Assembly: GCA_950097015.1 (NCBI GenBank)
Contig: CATNEN010000001.1
Span: 19,778,001 to 19,842,000, forward strand
Direction of reading: 5' to 3'
DNA: 64,000 nt
Source: Macrostomum hystrix
Taxonomy: Eukaryota; Animalia; Platyhelminthes
A program made the position numbers and the translations under genes. A model generated the notes under the pieces. It was not told the origin of the DNA and searched no databases. It saw nothing but the letters and a program-made list of their open reading frames with translations. Positions 26,510 to 40,700 of the stretch are shown here, piece after piece. Each line of letters starts with the position of its first letter. Within the stretch, counting starts at the first letter, position 1.

Positions 26510-27445
26510 CTGGTGTCAGGGAAGGATCTCTGTGGTGTCAGGGAAGGATCTCTGTGGTGTCAGGGAAGGATCTCTGTGGTGTCAGGGAAGGATTTCTGTG
26601 GTGTCAGGGAAGGATCTCTGTGGTGTCAGGGAAGGATTTCTGTGGTGTCAGGGAAGGATTTCTGTGGTGTCAGGGAAGGATCTCTGTGGTGTCAGGGAAG
26701 GATCTCTGTGGTGTCAGGGAAGGATTTCTGTGGTGTCAGGGAAGGATCTCTGTGGTGTCAGGGAAGGATCTCTGTGGTGTCAGGGAAGGATTTCTGTGGT
26801 GTCAGGGAAGGATTTCTGTGGTGTCAGGGAAGGATCTCTGTGGTGTCAGGGAAGGATCTCTGTGGTGTCAGGGAAGGATTTCTGTGGTGTCAGGGAAGGA
26901 TTTCTGTGGTGTCAGGGAAGGATCTCTGTGGTGTCAGGGAAGGATCTCTGTGGTGTCAGGGAAGGATTTCTGTGGTGTCAGGGAAGGATCTCTGTGGTGT
27001 CAGGGAAGGATCTCTGTGGTGTCAGGGAAGGATCTCTGTGGTGTCAGGGAAGGATTTCTGTGGTGTCAGGGAAGGATCTCTGTGGTGTCAGGGAAGGATC
27101 TCTGTGGTGTCAGGGAAGGATCTCTGTGGTATCTGGGAAGGATCTCTGGGGTGTCAGGGAAGGATTTCTGTCATGTCAGTATCGGATTTGGGATGTCAGA
27201 GAATGAAATGGGGTGTCAGAATAGAATCTGAGGTGTCAGAATGGGATCTGGGGTGTCAGAATAGGGTCTGGGGTGTCAGAATTTAGGATCTGGGGTGGGG
27301 TGTTAAAATAGCATCTGAGGTGTCAGAATAGGATCTGGGTGTCAGAATAGGATCTGGGTGTCAGAATAGGATCTGGGTGTCAGAATAGGATCTGGGTGTC
27401 AGAATAGGATCTGGGTGTCAGAATAGGATCTAGGGATGTCAGAGT
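26510..27445. repeat. 22-bp array (TGGTGTCAGGGAAGGATCTCTG) grading into a related 19-bp array (GTCAGAATAGGATCTGGGT)
   Basis: Direct tandem; transition around 27170-27300. Confidence 0.92.
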
Positions 27446-27736
27446 CCATCTGATTGTATCGAGAATGCCAAAGCAGATCAGATCCCACATCCCCTTGGCA
27501 GCAGTGTAGGGGAACAAACAGGGCCTCCAGCCCCACCCGATTTCCCGGTGTTTTGATGTTATCTTTCGGCTTCTGCAGGGATTCAACAGCGCTGCCGCCT
27601 GATAGGCTTCTCAGACCAGCTCAGCGAGTGTACTCAGCTGCTAATTTTGCCCGAAAAAAGGAACGAGCAAGGAGCAAGGAAGGAGAGAGTTGGGGTGAGA
27701 GAGTGAGAACGCCGTGTAGGAAATTAGTCTGGAGAA

Positions 27737-28749
27737 ATGACACAGGCGTGCATTCATGCTGAAATAGAAGCGAGAATGCCACTGTGCTCAGTAAAGGTAC
27801 GGTTTAATTAAAACAGTAGAGAACAGCACATATGATAGGGAAAACCACTGCCTTTTATGCAACGTTGTTTCCATCTTATTAAAATTCTTGGCATGAAATC
27901 GGAGATGGCCCTAGTTGAGACACCGACACAGGTTAAATTGCAAATTTTGCATAGTATTAGCTTCACCTTCGAGTAAACTTCGTCTGTCTGACATTTGACT
28001 GCACCTTTCGATATTTAATGGACTGTTTCGTTTTCAAAACTTGAAAAACATTTTCTGACATCATAAAACCCTGTCTGACATCCTAAAACCCTGTCTGACA
28101 TCCCAAAACCCTGTCTGACATCCTAAAACCCTGTCTGACATCCTAAAACCCTGTCTGACATCCTAAAACCCTGTCTGACATCCTAAAACCTTGTCTGACA
28201 TCCTAAAACCTTGTCTGACATCCTAAAACCCTGTCTGACATCCTAAAACCCTGTCTGACATCCTAAAACCCTGTCTGAAATCCTAAAACCCTGTCTGACA
28301 TCCTAAAACCCTGTCTGACATCCTAAAACCCTGTCTGACATCCTAAAACCCTGTCTGACATCCTAAAACCCTGTCTGACATCCTAAAACCTTGTCTGACA
28401 TCCTAAAACCCTGTCTGACATCCTAAAACCCTGTCTGACATCCTAAAACTGTGTCTGACATCCTAAAACCCTGTCTGACATCCTAAAACCCTGTCTGACA
28501 TCCTAAAACCCTGTCTGACATCCTAAAACCCTGTCTGACATCCTAAAACCCTATCTGACATCGGAATCGGAAAACTGCAATTTTCCAGAGAAGCGGAGCA
28601 GCAGCAGCAGCAGCAGCAGTCGCAGAGTCACCCCGTCAAGGATCTCGTCACTCATCAAACTCGGCAGCAGGCGGAGGAGGCGCAGCCACTCGAATCCTGC
28701 AGGTGCAGCCGGCGCCCAGACCTCTCACACCTGGCCGCGACAAGTACCA

Positions 28750-28794
<45 letters not shown>

Positions 28795-28853
28795 CCAGCC
28801 AGTTCGGCTACCAAGAGTCCAGCCAGCCCCTGTTGCCATGAACGGAAATCGAG
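27737..28853 (+). CDS. PDE1: Tentative first two coding exons of PDE1 (MTQACIHAEIEARMPLCSVK | poly-Ala/poly-Gln low-complexity exon)
   Basis: In-frame TAG just upstream of ATG 27737; AAG|GTACGG donor (phase 0); TTTTCCAG acceptor before 28589; 265-nt open exon ending in phase 1, matching exon 39233. Confidence 0.6.
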
Positions 28854-31099
28854 GTCAGTGTGATCACGGTGAGTGAGGGTCTGAATGATTTATGACCAGC
28901 TTGTTGCATAAACAGTTAGCATGCACGCACACAAACCAGCTCGCAGGCAGGCACCGGAAGAGTATGTACGTTAAACAGCCAATGGTGTACATTTGCCTAT
29001 TTAGCCCTGCTATCATGATGCTATTTATAGACTGGGGGTTTCTGGTTGGGGGACGGAATCGAGGAGCTGCATTGTACACTGTCTAAGTACTTTTGTTAGA
29101 GCGAATAACTGAGTAAAAATGTAGATAATAAGTACATTACACAGTCAGCATCTTGTTTTTATTTTTAGAATATGTACACATGTGATTCCCCATTCCCCGT
29201 ATCTATTTGCCCGTCAGTTTCTCGAAGCAAATCAAATGCAAACGAAAATTCTTCACAAGTGGGACTTCTTTTATTATTTGGCTAAATTTTCTTTTATCAA
29301 TGCAGTCCTTAAGACAAGAGGTTAAACTGGTTATGGGCTTGATCGCTCGGATGCAGAAGCATCGGTTCGCTTATTGCGCATTGTCTCTTCTTTGCGCGCA
29401 ATAAGGTGACTTGATCCGCTTCTAATTTCATGTTGTGGGCTTCGCAATCACAAATGCCAGCGATTTAAAACAAAATCTCCGGCTTGTCTGTTGAATATTC
29501 GGCAATTCTTGATATTTCTAGAAACAAATGTTATAATCGGCAATTGCGATCATTTGCTCGAATTAAACATGAATTCGTGCACTTTTAAACGATGACAGCT
29601 GATGCGTAACTAGATCCCTGTCTAAAGGCAAATCACTGTCTATCAGGTAAATCCCTGTCTAAAAGTCAAGTCCATATCTACATGTAAACCCTATTTAACA
29701 GGTAAATCCCTGTCTAGCAGTTAATCACTGAATAACAGGTAAATTCCAGATTAACAGGTAAATCACTGACTAACAGGTAAATCAATATTAAACAGTTAAA
29801 ACTGTATCTAACAGGTAAATCCCTTTCTGACAGGTAAATCTATATCTAACAGGTGAACCCATATCTCACAGGTAAATCTATATCTAACAGGTAAATCCCT
29901 TTCTAACAGGTAATTCCATATCTAACAGGTGAATCCCTGTCTAACAGGTAAATCCCTTTCTAACAGGTAAATCCATATCTAACAGGTGAACCCATATCTC
30001 ACAGGTAAATCCTTGTCTAACAGGTAAATCCCTGTCTAACAGGTAAATCCCTGTCTAACAGGTAAATCCCTTTCTAACAGGTAATTCCATATCTAACAGG
30101 TGAATCCCTGTCTAACAGGTAAATCCCTTTCTAACAGGTAAATCCATATCTAACAGGTGAACCCATATCTCACAGGAAAATCTATATCTAACAGGTAAAT
30201 CCCTGTCTAACAGGTAAATCCCTGTCTAACAGGAAAATCCATATCTAACAGGTGAACCCATATCTATCAGGTAAATCCCTGTCTAACAGGTAAATCCTTG
30301 TCTAACAGGTAAATCCCTGTCTAACAGGTAAATCCCTGTCTAACAGGTAAATCCCTGTCTAACCGGTAAATCAAAGCAAAACTAAAAATCTCAACAGTAA
30401 CAGACTATGACAATCAGATCTTAAACAAATTTTCCTCCACAATATTGGGACAGAACGGCACGTGCCAGTTTCGATGTTGGTACACGTTGAGGATTACTGC
30501 ATAATTAGATTACTTGGCTCATTGCTAAATGCCTCCAGACCCGTGGCATGCATAATCTATTCGAAGGACTCACGCAAGCACAGCTGCTTGAAGCCCCTAA
30601 TCCAGTAGAATTAAATTTCAAATTCTCAAATCTTTATTAACACATGGGCTCTATACTATCTATCTATCTATCTGATTTATTTAAACAGCATAAACTTGTA
30701 TTTACCAATGGGATAGAATGCAATGATATGTCGCTATCCAACAGTCAAATTTTATTTGCTGAGGTAGAGAATTGTTTTGTTATTTACCGGATAAACCCAA
30801 TTTTAGAGTTAAAAGGTAAATATATTATTAGATGAATAAATAGTTGGCTCATCGATTTATTTAATTATTGACAGATAAATTTTTTATTTACTGATTGATT
30901 AAACAATTAACTGATGGCTTGATTTTTTGCTTGGTTGATTGATTGACTGATTGATTGATTTATTGATTGATTATCGATTGATTGATTGATTGATTGATTG
31001 ATTATCGATTGATTGATTGATTGATCGATTGATGGTTTGATTGTTTGATTGATAATCTACTGATTGATTGATTGATTGATTGTTTGATTGATAATCTAC

Positions 31100-31143
<44 letters not shown>

Positions 31144-31722
31144 TGATTGTTTGATTGATAATCTACTGATTGATTGATTGATTGATTAATTGATTGATTG
31201 TTTGATTGATAATCGACTGATTGATTGATTGATTAATAGGTGGTTGACAGAACCGACTATTTGGTTCTATCTAATTACTCCGGGTGAAAAACCAACAAAT
31301 ACCTATGTAGGCAGCTTTCACAAAACAGATGCAGAAATATTGTCCAAATTTAACATTCTGTGCGGCGGAGGGGCTCTCGAAAAAAGGCATGAACAATTTT
31401 CAGTTATATTCGAAAAAATGTAAATTCAATTGAGCCGCCAGAGAAGAGGCTGGGAGAGCAAGACATTTAATCCCCCAGCTCATTTTTCTGACAGAGGATT
31501 TTAGACAAAACTGAATTGGAGACCCTCGCTAACAGTTGCCAGCTCAACCTTGCTCAATAGCAATGGGGATCTCTCTACTCAACTCTCCTCTCCTCTCTCA
31601 TCTCTGGCTTGAGCACTCTGTAGCAAGCTGTCTTTACGTGCTCAAATCCAGCTCACATCCATTGTGCCTGGCTGCCACCGCCATCCATCCATCCGCATTA
31701 GCAAACTGACTGTGCTCACACA

Positions 31723-31756
<34 letters not shown>

Positions 31757-34700
31757 ATTTCCAACTGATGCCCTCATCAACCTGCTCGACTGCTCAACCC
31801 CTGGTCCCTGCCATGTCTCTCCGCGCTCTGCCCTACATTTGCTTTTCTTCTTTCCCTCTCCAAAGCTCTCAGCCTCTCTCAGCCTCTCTCACCCTCTCTC
31901 ATCTTCTCTCTCACCGCCACTCTCACCCTCTCTCTCACCCTCCCTCACTCTCACCCTCCCTCTCTCTCACCCTCCCTCTCTCACCCTCCCTCTCTCTCAC
32001 CCTCCCTCTCTCTCACCCTCCCTCTCTCTCACCCTCCCTCTCTCTCACCCTCCCTCTCTCTCACCCTCCCTCTCTCTCACCCTCCCTCACTCTCACCCTC
32101 CCTCTCTCTCACCCTCTCTCTCATCGCCACTCTCAGCCTCTCTCTCACCCTCGATCTCACCCTCGATCTCACCCTCGATCTCACCCTCTCTCATCTTCAC
32201 TCTCACATTCTCTCTCTCCGCCACTCTCACCCTCCCTTTCAGCCTCTCTCTCACCCTCTCTCTCTCCGCCTCTCTCACCCTCAATCTCACCATTTTCTCT
32301 TATAAAGTGCATCTCACTGTCCCTCTATATGATTCTCGCCAATGCTCTCAACGTGAGCTGCAAGTGCTGTATTTGATTCCGATTCTCAATACAGAAACTC
32401 CACGATTGCATGGAGACCAATTTTTCATTCCCAGACTCAATAATAAACATGGAAGCCCGTGATTTCTCTGCTCGAACCACGCAGCCTCATTTGATTGCAT
32501 TTCTCCTAATCAAGCCTGCAAAAAGATTATGCAATTACTTAGTGAGCCTTCATTGTCGAGTTCATTCTGCGATTTGGCACAACTGCTTTCTGAGGCCGTC
32601 ATTCATCTAAATTTGCTTGAGTTTCTCTTTTGCGAGTTTAAATCTGCACGACTTAGTTGACTCAGCTGTGAGTACAGCTAGACAACACCTTCCCTACATC
32701 CTTCACTTCCCTACATCTCTCTTCCCTACGTCTTTCCAGTCCCTTCATCCCTCCCTTCCCTTCATAGCTCCCTTCCCTTCATACCTCCCTTCCCTTCATA
32801 GCTCCCTTCGATTCATAGCTCCCTTCCCTTCATACCTCCCTTCCCTTCATAGCTCCCTTCCCTTCATAGCTCCCTTCCCTTCATAGCTCCCTTCCCTTCA
32901 TAGCTCCCTTCCCTTCATAGCTCCCTTCGATTCATACCTCCCTTCCCTTCATACCTCCCTTCCCTTTATACCTCCCTTCCCTTCATAGCTCCCTTCCCTT
33001 CATAGCTCCCTTCCCTTCATAGCTCCCTTCCCTTCATAGCTCCCTTCCCTTCATAGCTCCCTTCCCTTCATACCTCCCTTCCCTTCATACCTCCCTTCCC
33101 TTCATAGCTCCCTTCCCTTCATACCTCCCTTCCCTTCATACCTCCCTTCCCTTCATACCTCCCTTCCCTTCATACCTCCCTTCGATTCATAGCTCCCTTC
33201 CCTTCATACCTCCCCTTCATACCTCCCTTCCCTTCATCTCTCCCTTCCTTTCATTTTTCCTTCCCTTCATCTCTCCACCATCATCCTTTCCACCACTACT
33301 TTTTCCAGTTTAGCAGTGGATTATATACAAATAATTTACCTGACAGCATGCTGATTAATGGAACTTCTAACTCCATCATCATGACTCAAATATTTCTGCT
33401 GAATCAGTTCTAACTAGGCAGTGAATTTTGGATCGTCTGATTGGCTGGAAATGGTTGGGGGTGGCTGAACTTTTTAGTTTATTACGCTCGTACTGGAGTC
33501 TTGTACGGAGAGTAATTACCTGTTGACTCTGGCTTAGAGAAATTTGTCTACAGAATCTCTGCTGCTGTTCAAAATATTTTTTGTTGTTGCGAAAATCATC
33601 TAGGTAAAATGATGACACATTGAAAAGTGTTTTAAACAGCTTAACTATTAAGAAAATGCAAGCAATTAACGATAAGTTAAAAATGAATGCCGATTCAGGC
33701 CTGACACCAGTGTGTGACATCAGCTTGGATTTGCACCGTAAGTCACAACTCAGCAATCTGCTTTGGGGTTTTGTGAGTTAGCATGACTTCACAGGAAAAC
33801 TGCAAGTAACTGAAATACATTTCCAAGTGTCACATGGAGTCAATCTCTCCCATTCTAGGGGTGAGAATGAAATGAACTTTCCTCTCTGTCTCCCTCTCCC
33901 TCTCTCCCTCTCCTCCCTCTCTACCTCTCTCCTTCTCTCTCTCCCTCCCCCTCTCTACCTCTCTCCTTCTCTCTCTCCCTCCCACTCTCTACCTCTCTCC
34001 TTCTCTCTCTCCCTCCCCCTCTCTACCTCTCTCCTTCTCTCTCTCCCTCCCCCTCTCTATCTCTCTCCTTCTCTCTCTCCCTCCCTCTCTCTACCTCTCT
34101 CCTTCTCTCTCTCCCTCCCCCTCTCTACCTCTCTCCTCTCTCTCCCTCCCCCTCTCTATCTCTCTCCTTCTCTCTCTCCCTTTCCCTCTCTACCTCTCTC
34201 CTTCTCTCTCTCCCTCCCCCTCTCTATCTCTCTCCTTTTCTCTCTCCCTTTCCCTCTCTACCTCTCTCCTTCTCTCTCTCCCTCCCCCTCTCTACCTCTC
34301 TCCTTCTCTCTCTCCCTCCCCCTCCCTACCTCTCTCCTTCTCTCTCTCCCTCCCTCTCTCTACCTCTCTCCTTCTCTCTCTCCCTCCCACTTTCTACCTC
34401 TCTCCTTCTCTCTCTCCCTCCCACTCTCTACCTCTATCCTTCTCTCTCTCCCTCCCACTCTCTACCTCTATTCTTCTCTCTCTCCCTCCCCCTCTCTACC
34501 TCTCTCCTTCTCTCTCTCCCTCCCACTCTCTACCTCTATCCTTCTCTCTCTCCCTCTCCCTCTCTACCTCCCTCCTTCTCTCTCTCCCTCTCCCTCTCTA
34601 CCTCTCTCCTTCTCTCTCTCCCTCCCACTCTCTACCTCTCTCCTTCTCTCTCTCCCTCCCACTCTCTACCTCTCTCCTTCTCTCTCTCCCTCCCACTCTC

Positions 34701-37700
34701 TACCTCTCTCCTTCTCTCTCTCCCTCCCACTCTCTACCTCTCTCCTTCTCTCTCTCCCTCTCTTCTTCTCTCTCCCCCTCTCCATCTGTCCCTTAAACTC
34801 GGATAATGTCTGCTTAATTCACTGGTCAGTATGTTTACTTAACTGACAGGCATTGTGTCCGACGGGGCATATTTTGACAGTTTTCGAATCGTTAAGAGCG
34901 CTAGTACGAGCTAGTACTGCTAGTAGCAGATAGATCATGTATCTCTAATTTTATAACAGATTTAAAGTCTTAATGATATCTCGAAGCGTGGAAAGTTTCG
35001 ATTTAAACAAAAAACTAATTGATAGATAAAAAATCAGCAATTATCAGTGTAAAAACTGAATTTGAAACATTTCACAGCTCAGATTTCACAGCAATTCACA
35101 GTAAGGCATCATGTGACACTCGGCTGTCACTGAATGCAGCCATGTCCCAAAACTGGAGCACAGTCGCGTATTTTATTACAGCCATCCGTGTGAAATCCCT
35201 GCACGCTTGATTGCCCTCTTAGGCCTCTATCTGTACTGCATCTGTTTCACCATTCATCCATACTGCATCTCCAGCTAATAGTCTATCAGTCACTTTCTAC
35301 TCGCACATTCTCTATTAGCTCTCAGAAATATTTCCTCGCTGGTTCGCACTTTACTCGACACAACTTGCAACGCGCTAACATGGCTTTCCTTGACTGCTGA
35401 ATTACAGTGCTCACTTTTCTAATGCATCTGCTGTCAATATCACTAACTCACTACTCACTTCCTCATTAATCTCTCTCCCTCTCCCTCTCACTCTACTTCT
35501 CACCCTCACTCTCCCTCTCCCTCTCCCTCTCCCTCTCCCTCTCCCTCTCACTCTCCCTCTTCCTCTCCCTCTTCCTCTCCCTCTCCCTCCCTATCCCTCT
35601 CTCCCTCTCATTTTCTCCCTCTCCTTCTTCCTCTCCCTCTCCCTCTCACTCTCCCTCTCCCTCCCTATCCCTCTCTCCCTCTCATTTTCTCCCTCTCCTT
35701 CTTCCTCTCCCTCTCCCTCTCACTCTCCCTCTTCCTCTCCCTCTTCCTCTCCCTCTCCCTCCCTATCCCTCTCTCCCTCTCATTTTCTCCCTCTCCTTCT
35801 TCCTCTCCCTCTCCCTCTCTCCGCCTCCCTCTCCCTCTACCTCTCTCCTTCTCTCTCCCTCTCCTTTCCCATCTCTCCTCTCTCACAGAAATGCCGCATC
35901 CCAGCCACACAGCTGGCCACATGGAGTCTGCCTGATTGGCCCTGACCCAGCATTGGCTGTTTGAGGCTTCCACAGTGGCTAATAAAACTCCTGACGCGAA
36001 CCCCGGACCAGGGAACGCAGCCCCCAAACCGCAGTGATTTGACGTGATTTGACTCGATATTCAAACACGGATATTCGCTCTCAATTCAGTACCCACCAAA
36101 CACTGGCCTAGAAGACAAAAATCTAAAAAAACAGCAGCAGCAGCAGCAGCAGTAGGTGAGCATACCCACCCATATCGATTTTAGCCAGAGTTAGTTGTCA
36201 GCCATATTCTAGTTTGTGTTTCTTTTCTACTGGCTATTCGATACGATGATTGACAGCTCTGTCTGAATGATCAATGAGATCTAACTCTGCTAGTCTCGAT
36301 AAGCCTAGCATCAAGATCTTTTATCTGTGAGACTTCTGCACTGATGCACTTTAGATGGAGCAGTCTTGGAATGTATCAGAACTTCACTGACCCATTCCCA
36401 ATCTCACTGACCCATTCCCAATCTCACTGACCCATTCCCAATCTCATTGACCCATTTCCAATCTCACTGACCCATTCCCAATCTCACTGACCCATTTCCA
36501 ATCTCACTGACCCATTCCCAATCTCATTGACCCATTTCCAATCTCACTGACCCATTCCCAATCTCACTGACCCATTTCCAATCTCACTGACCCATTTCCA
36601 ATCTCACTGACCCATTCCCAATCTCATTGACCCATTTCCAATCTCACTGACCCATTCCCAATCTCACTGACCCATTTCCAATCTCACTGACCCATTCCCA
36701 ATCTCATTGACCCATTTCCAATCTCACTGACCCATTTCCAATCTCACTGACCCATTTCCAATCTCACTGACCCATTCCCAATCTCACTGACCCATTTCCA
36801 ATCTCACTGACCCATTCCCAATCTCATTGACCCATTTCCAATCTCACTGACCCATTTCCAATCTCACTGACCCATTTCCAATCTCACTGACCCATTTCAA
36901 ATCTCACTGACCCATTTCCAATCTCACTGACCCATTTCCAATCTCACTGACCCATTTCCAATCTCACTGACCCATTTCCAAATATCACTCACCCATTTCC
37001 AAATATCACTCACCCATTTCCAAATATCACTCACCCATTTCCAAATATCACTCACCCATTTCCAAATATCACTCACCCTTTTCCAAATATCACTCACCCA
37101 TTTCCAAATACCACTGACCCATTTCCAAATATCACTCACCAATTTCCAAACATCACTCACCCATTTCCAAACATCACTCACCCATTTCCAAATATCACTC
37201 ACCAATTTCCAAATATCAATCACCCATTTCCAAATATCACTCACCCGTTTCCAAACATCACTCACCCATTTCCAAATATCACTCACCCATTTTCAAATAT
37301 CACTCACACATTTCCAACTTCACTGACCCATTTCCAAATATCACTCACCCATTTCCAAATATCACTGACCCATTTCCAAATATCACTCACCCATTTTCAA
37401 ATATCACTCACACATTTCCAACTTCACTGACCCATTTCCAAACATCACTCACCCATTTCCAAATATCACTGACCCATTTCCAAATATCACTCACCCATTT
37501 TCAAATATCACTCACACATTTCCAACTTCACTGACCCATTTCCAAATATCACTCACCCATTTCCAAATATCACTGACCCATTTCCAAATATCACTGACCC
37601 ATTTCCAAATATCACTGACCCATTTCCAAATATCACTCACCCGTTTCCAAACATCACTCACCCATTTCCAAATATCACTCACCCATTTTCAAATATCACT

Positions 37701-40700
37701 CACACATTTCCAACTTCACTGACCCATTTCCAAATATCACTCACCCATTTCCAAATATCACTGACCCATTTCCAAATATCACTCACCCATTTTCAAATAT
37801 CACTCACCCATTTCCAACTTCACTGACCCATTTCCAGATAGCACTGACCCATTTTGCGATTCACAGATATTTTGACATTGCGATGATTATGCGAACTTTA
37901 TCAACTAGCCGAACTTCTCCGTCAAGTCGTGTCCGTCCCACTTTGCTCCTAACGATTATAATTTTTCGTTTTCTCTAAGCTTATCTACGGTATAACAAAA
38001 AATTGAATCGCTTCAGTTGGGGTTAAGTTAAGAAGATAGAGATGGGAGTTAAGTACCTCACACACGCACTCACTCACAACTCACACCAGGACCAGGCACA
38101 AAGTGCCCTGAGAAACCGAATTATGTCGATAACATCGAAAAAAATCAGTCACTGCACACTGCACAAAGTGAAACAGAGAGAGAGAAAGAGAGACGGAAGA
38201 GAGACAGTGTGAGAGACACAGACAGGGAAGACATAATCATTGTACTCGAATTGTGATAGGCAGAGGTGCAGGAAACAAATATTCAAGAAACTATGAGAAA
38301 ACTAGAATACATTTTAGGAAATGAAAGCAAATGAGCCTTTTTTAAATATTAAGGGATTAGTAAATTCTTGTGTAAACTCCTCAGTTCTTGTGAAATGAGG
38401 AGTATTGGGGTGTAATGAGGAGTATTGGGGTGTAATGAGGAGTATTGGGGTGTAATGAGGAGTATTGGGGTGTAATGAGGAGTATTGGGGTGTAATGAGG
38501 AGTATTGGGGTGTAATGAGGAGTATTGGGGTGTAATGAGGAGTATTTGGGTGTAATGAGGAGTATTGAGTGAAATGAGGAGTATTGGGGTGTAATGAGGA
38601 GTATTGGGGTGTAATGAGGAGTATTGGGGTGTAATGAGGAGTATTTTGTGTAATGAGGATTATTGGGGTGTAATGAGGAGTATTGGGGTGTAATGAGGAG
38701 TATTGGGGTGTAATGAGGAGTATTGGGTGTAATGAGGAGTATTGGGGTGTAATGAGGAGTATTGGGGTGTAATGAGGAGTATTGGGGTGTAATGAGGAGT
38801 ATTGGGGTGTAATGAGGAGTATTGGGGTGTAATGAGGAGTATTGAGTGAAATGAGGAGTATTGGGGTGTAATGAGGAGTATTGGGGTGTAATGAGGAGTT
38901 TTGGGGTTTAATGAGGAGTATTTTGTGTAATGAGGATTATTGGGGTGTAATGAGGAGTATTGGGGTGTAATGAGGAGTATTGGGGTGTAATGAGGAGTAT
39001 TGGGTGTAATGAGGAGTATTGGGGTGTAATGAGGAGTATTGGGTGTAATGAGGAGTATTGGGTGCAATGAGGAGTATTGGGGTGTAATGAGGAGTATTGG
39101 GGTGTAATGAGGAGTATTGGGGTGTAATGAGGAGTATTGGGGTGTAATGAGGAGTATTGGGGTGTAATGAGGAGTATTGGGTGTAATGAGGAGTATTGGG
39201 GTGTAATAAGCATGCGGCTCTCATCATTCCAGCTGAGACACATCACGCGAACTCGCGACAGCCTCAGGCGGGTCACCTCAGTCTGTCTCGGGCGGACAGC
39301 GCCAGATACGCGGAGGCCGAGCTGGACACTGACAGGATGCCGGCTGCTGGCAGTGCTGAGGCCAGCTACTCGTGCTCAGTGCGGTGAGTCAGTCACAGTC
39401 TATTCAGCCAGTTCTCACAGTCTATTCAGCCAGTTCTCACAGTCTATTCAGTTAGTTCTCACAGTCTATTCAGCCAGTTCTCACAGTCTATTCAGCCAGT
39501 TCTCACAGTCTATTCAGCCAGTTCTCACAGTCTATTCAGCCAGTTCTCACAGTCTATTCAGCCAGTTCTCACGGTCTATTCAGTTAGTTTTCACAGTCTA
39601 TTCAGCCAGTTCTCACGGTCTATTCAGTTAGTTCTCACAGTCTATTCAGCCAGTTCTCACAGTCTATTCAGTTAGTTCTCACAGTCTATTCAGCCAGTTC
39701 TCACAGTCTATTCAGCCAGTTCTCACAGTCTATTCAGTTAGTTTTCACAGTCTATTCAGCCACACTAGTTAAGGTCGCAAAAACATCTTAAAGCTGTTTC
39801 CTGCTGACCGCTTGCACTCTAAAGGGAGTCCAGCAAATACCCAACTGAGTTGAGGATGGCAGGAAATCCATTAGCCTTTGGCTTGATCAAACAGAACCTG
39901 TTGCTAAGGACTGGACTAAGACTGTTGATGAAACGAATGGAAGTTTTTGTACTGCATAATACTTGCTTTGTACAAGTTCATCGTACTTTAAAGATTTGAT
40001 TGAATCTAGACTAGCTATCGATTCAACTTCAGTCAAATATATATAAATAATTGCACGGCTGTTCTGTCCATGGACTGGGGCAACGCCGCAACCACCCTCA
40101 ATCATCCCAGCTGATGCTGGTACCCATTTAACAGCTGGGTGTTCCAGTCAAGTCGGGAATCGAACCGTCGACCTTCTAGTCGTGGGCTACAGCCTCCTAT
40201 AACTATATAACAGGACTAGACTAGCAATCCATTTTATAAACCCTCGATCGATCTTTATCTAAGATTATCCCTTCCAAATCGAATACAAGACTCGATAAAT
40301 TTCCTCGGGGTACAAAAAGTGTTAAATTGCCCTGGCCATCACTCCCCAGTGATTATGTGAAGCTCAAATTTGAGTAGGACCCCGGTATGTGGCGCCTCGC
40401 CGGTTTAAGAGGATCTGACACGAGTGAAAGATTTTCAAACGCATCTCCGGCCTGACAAAATGCCCTCGCAAACGCCCAGGACCATCCATTCCCTGCCGAT
40501 CTTCATCTTAACGAGATTTCGCTGGACCTTCTCAGCGGCCTCTTTTAGGTCGACGTCTCGCCGAAATTTTCTCGCGGAAATTTTTCCCCTTATTCTCGTC
40601 CTCTCCTATGCTCAAACTCGGCTCGATCTTGCCTTATCTTCTCCCGCCCCCATTTTCCTCTTGACTTGGGGGCGAATTTATTTTGGCCGGATTCGCAAAG

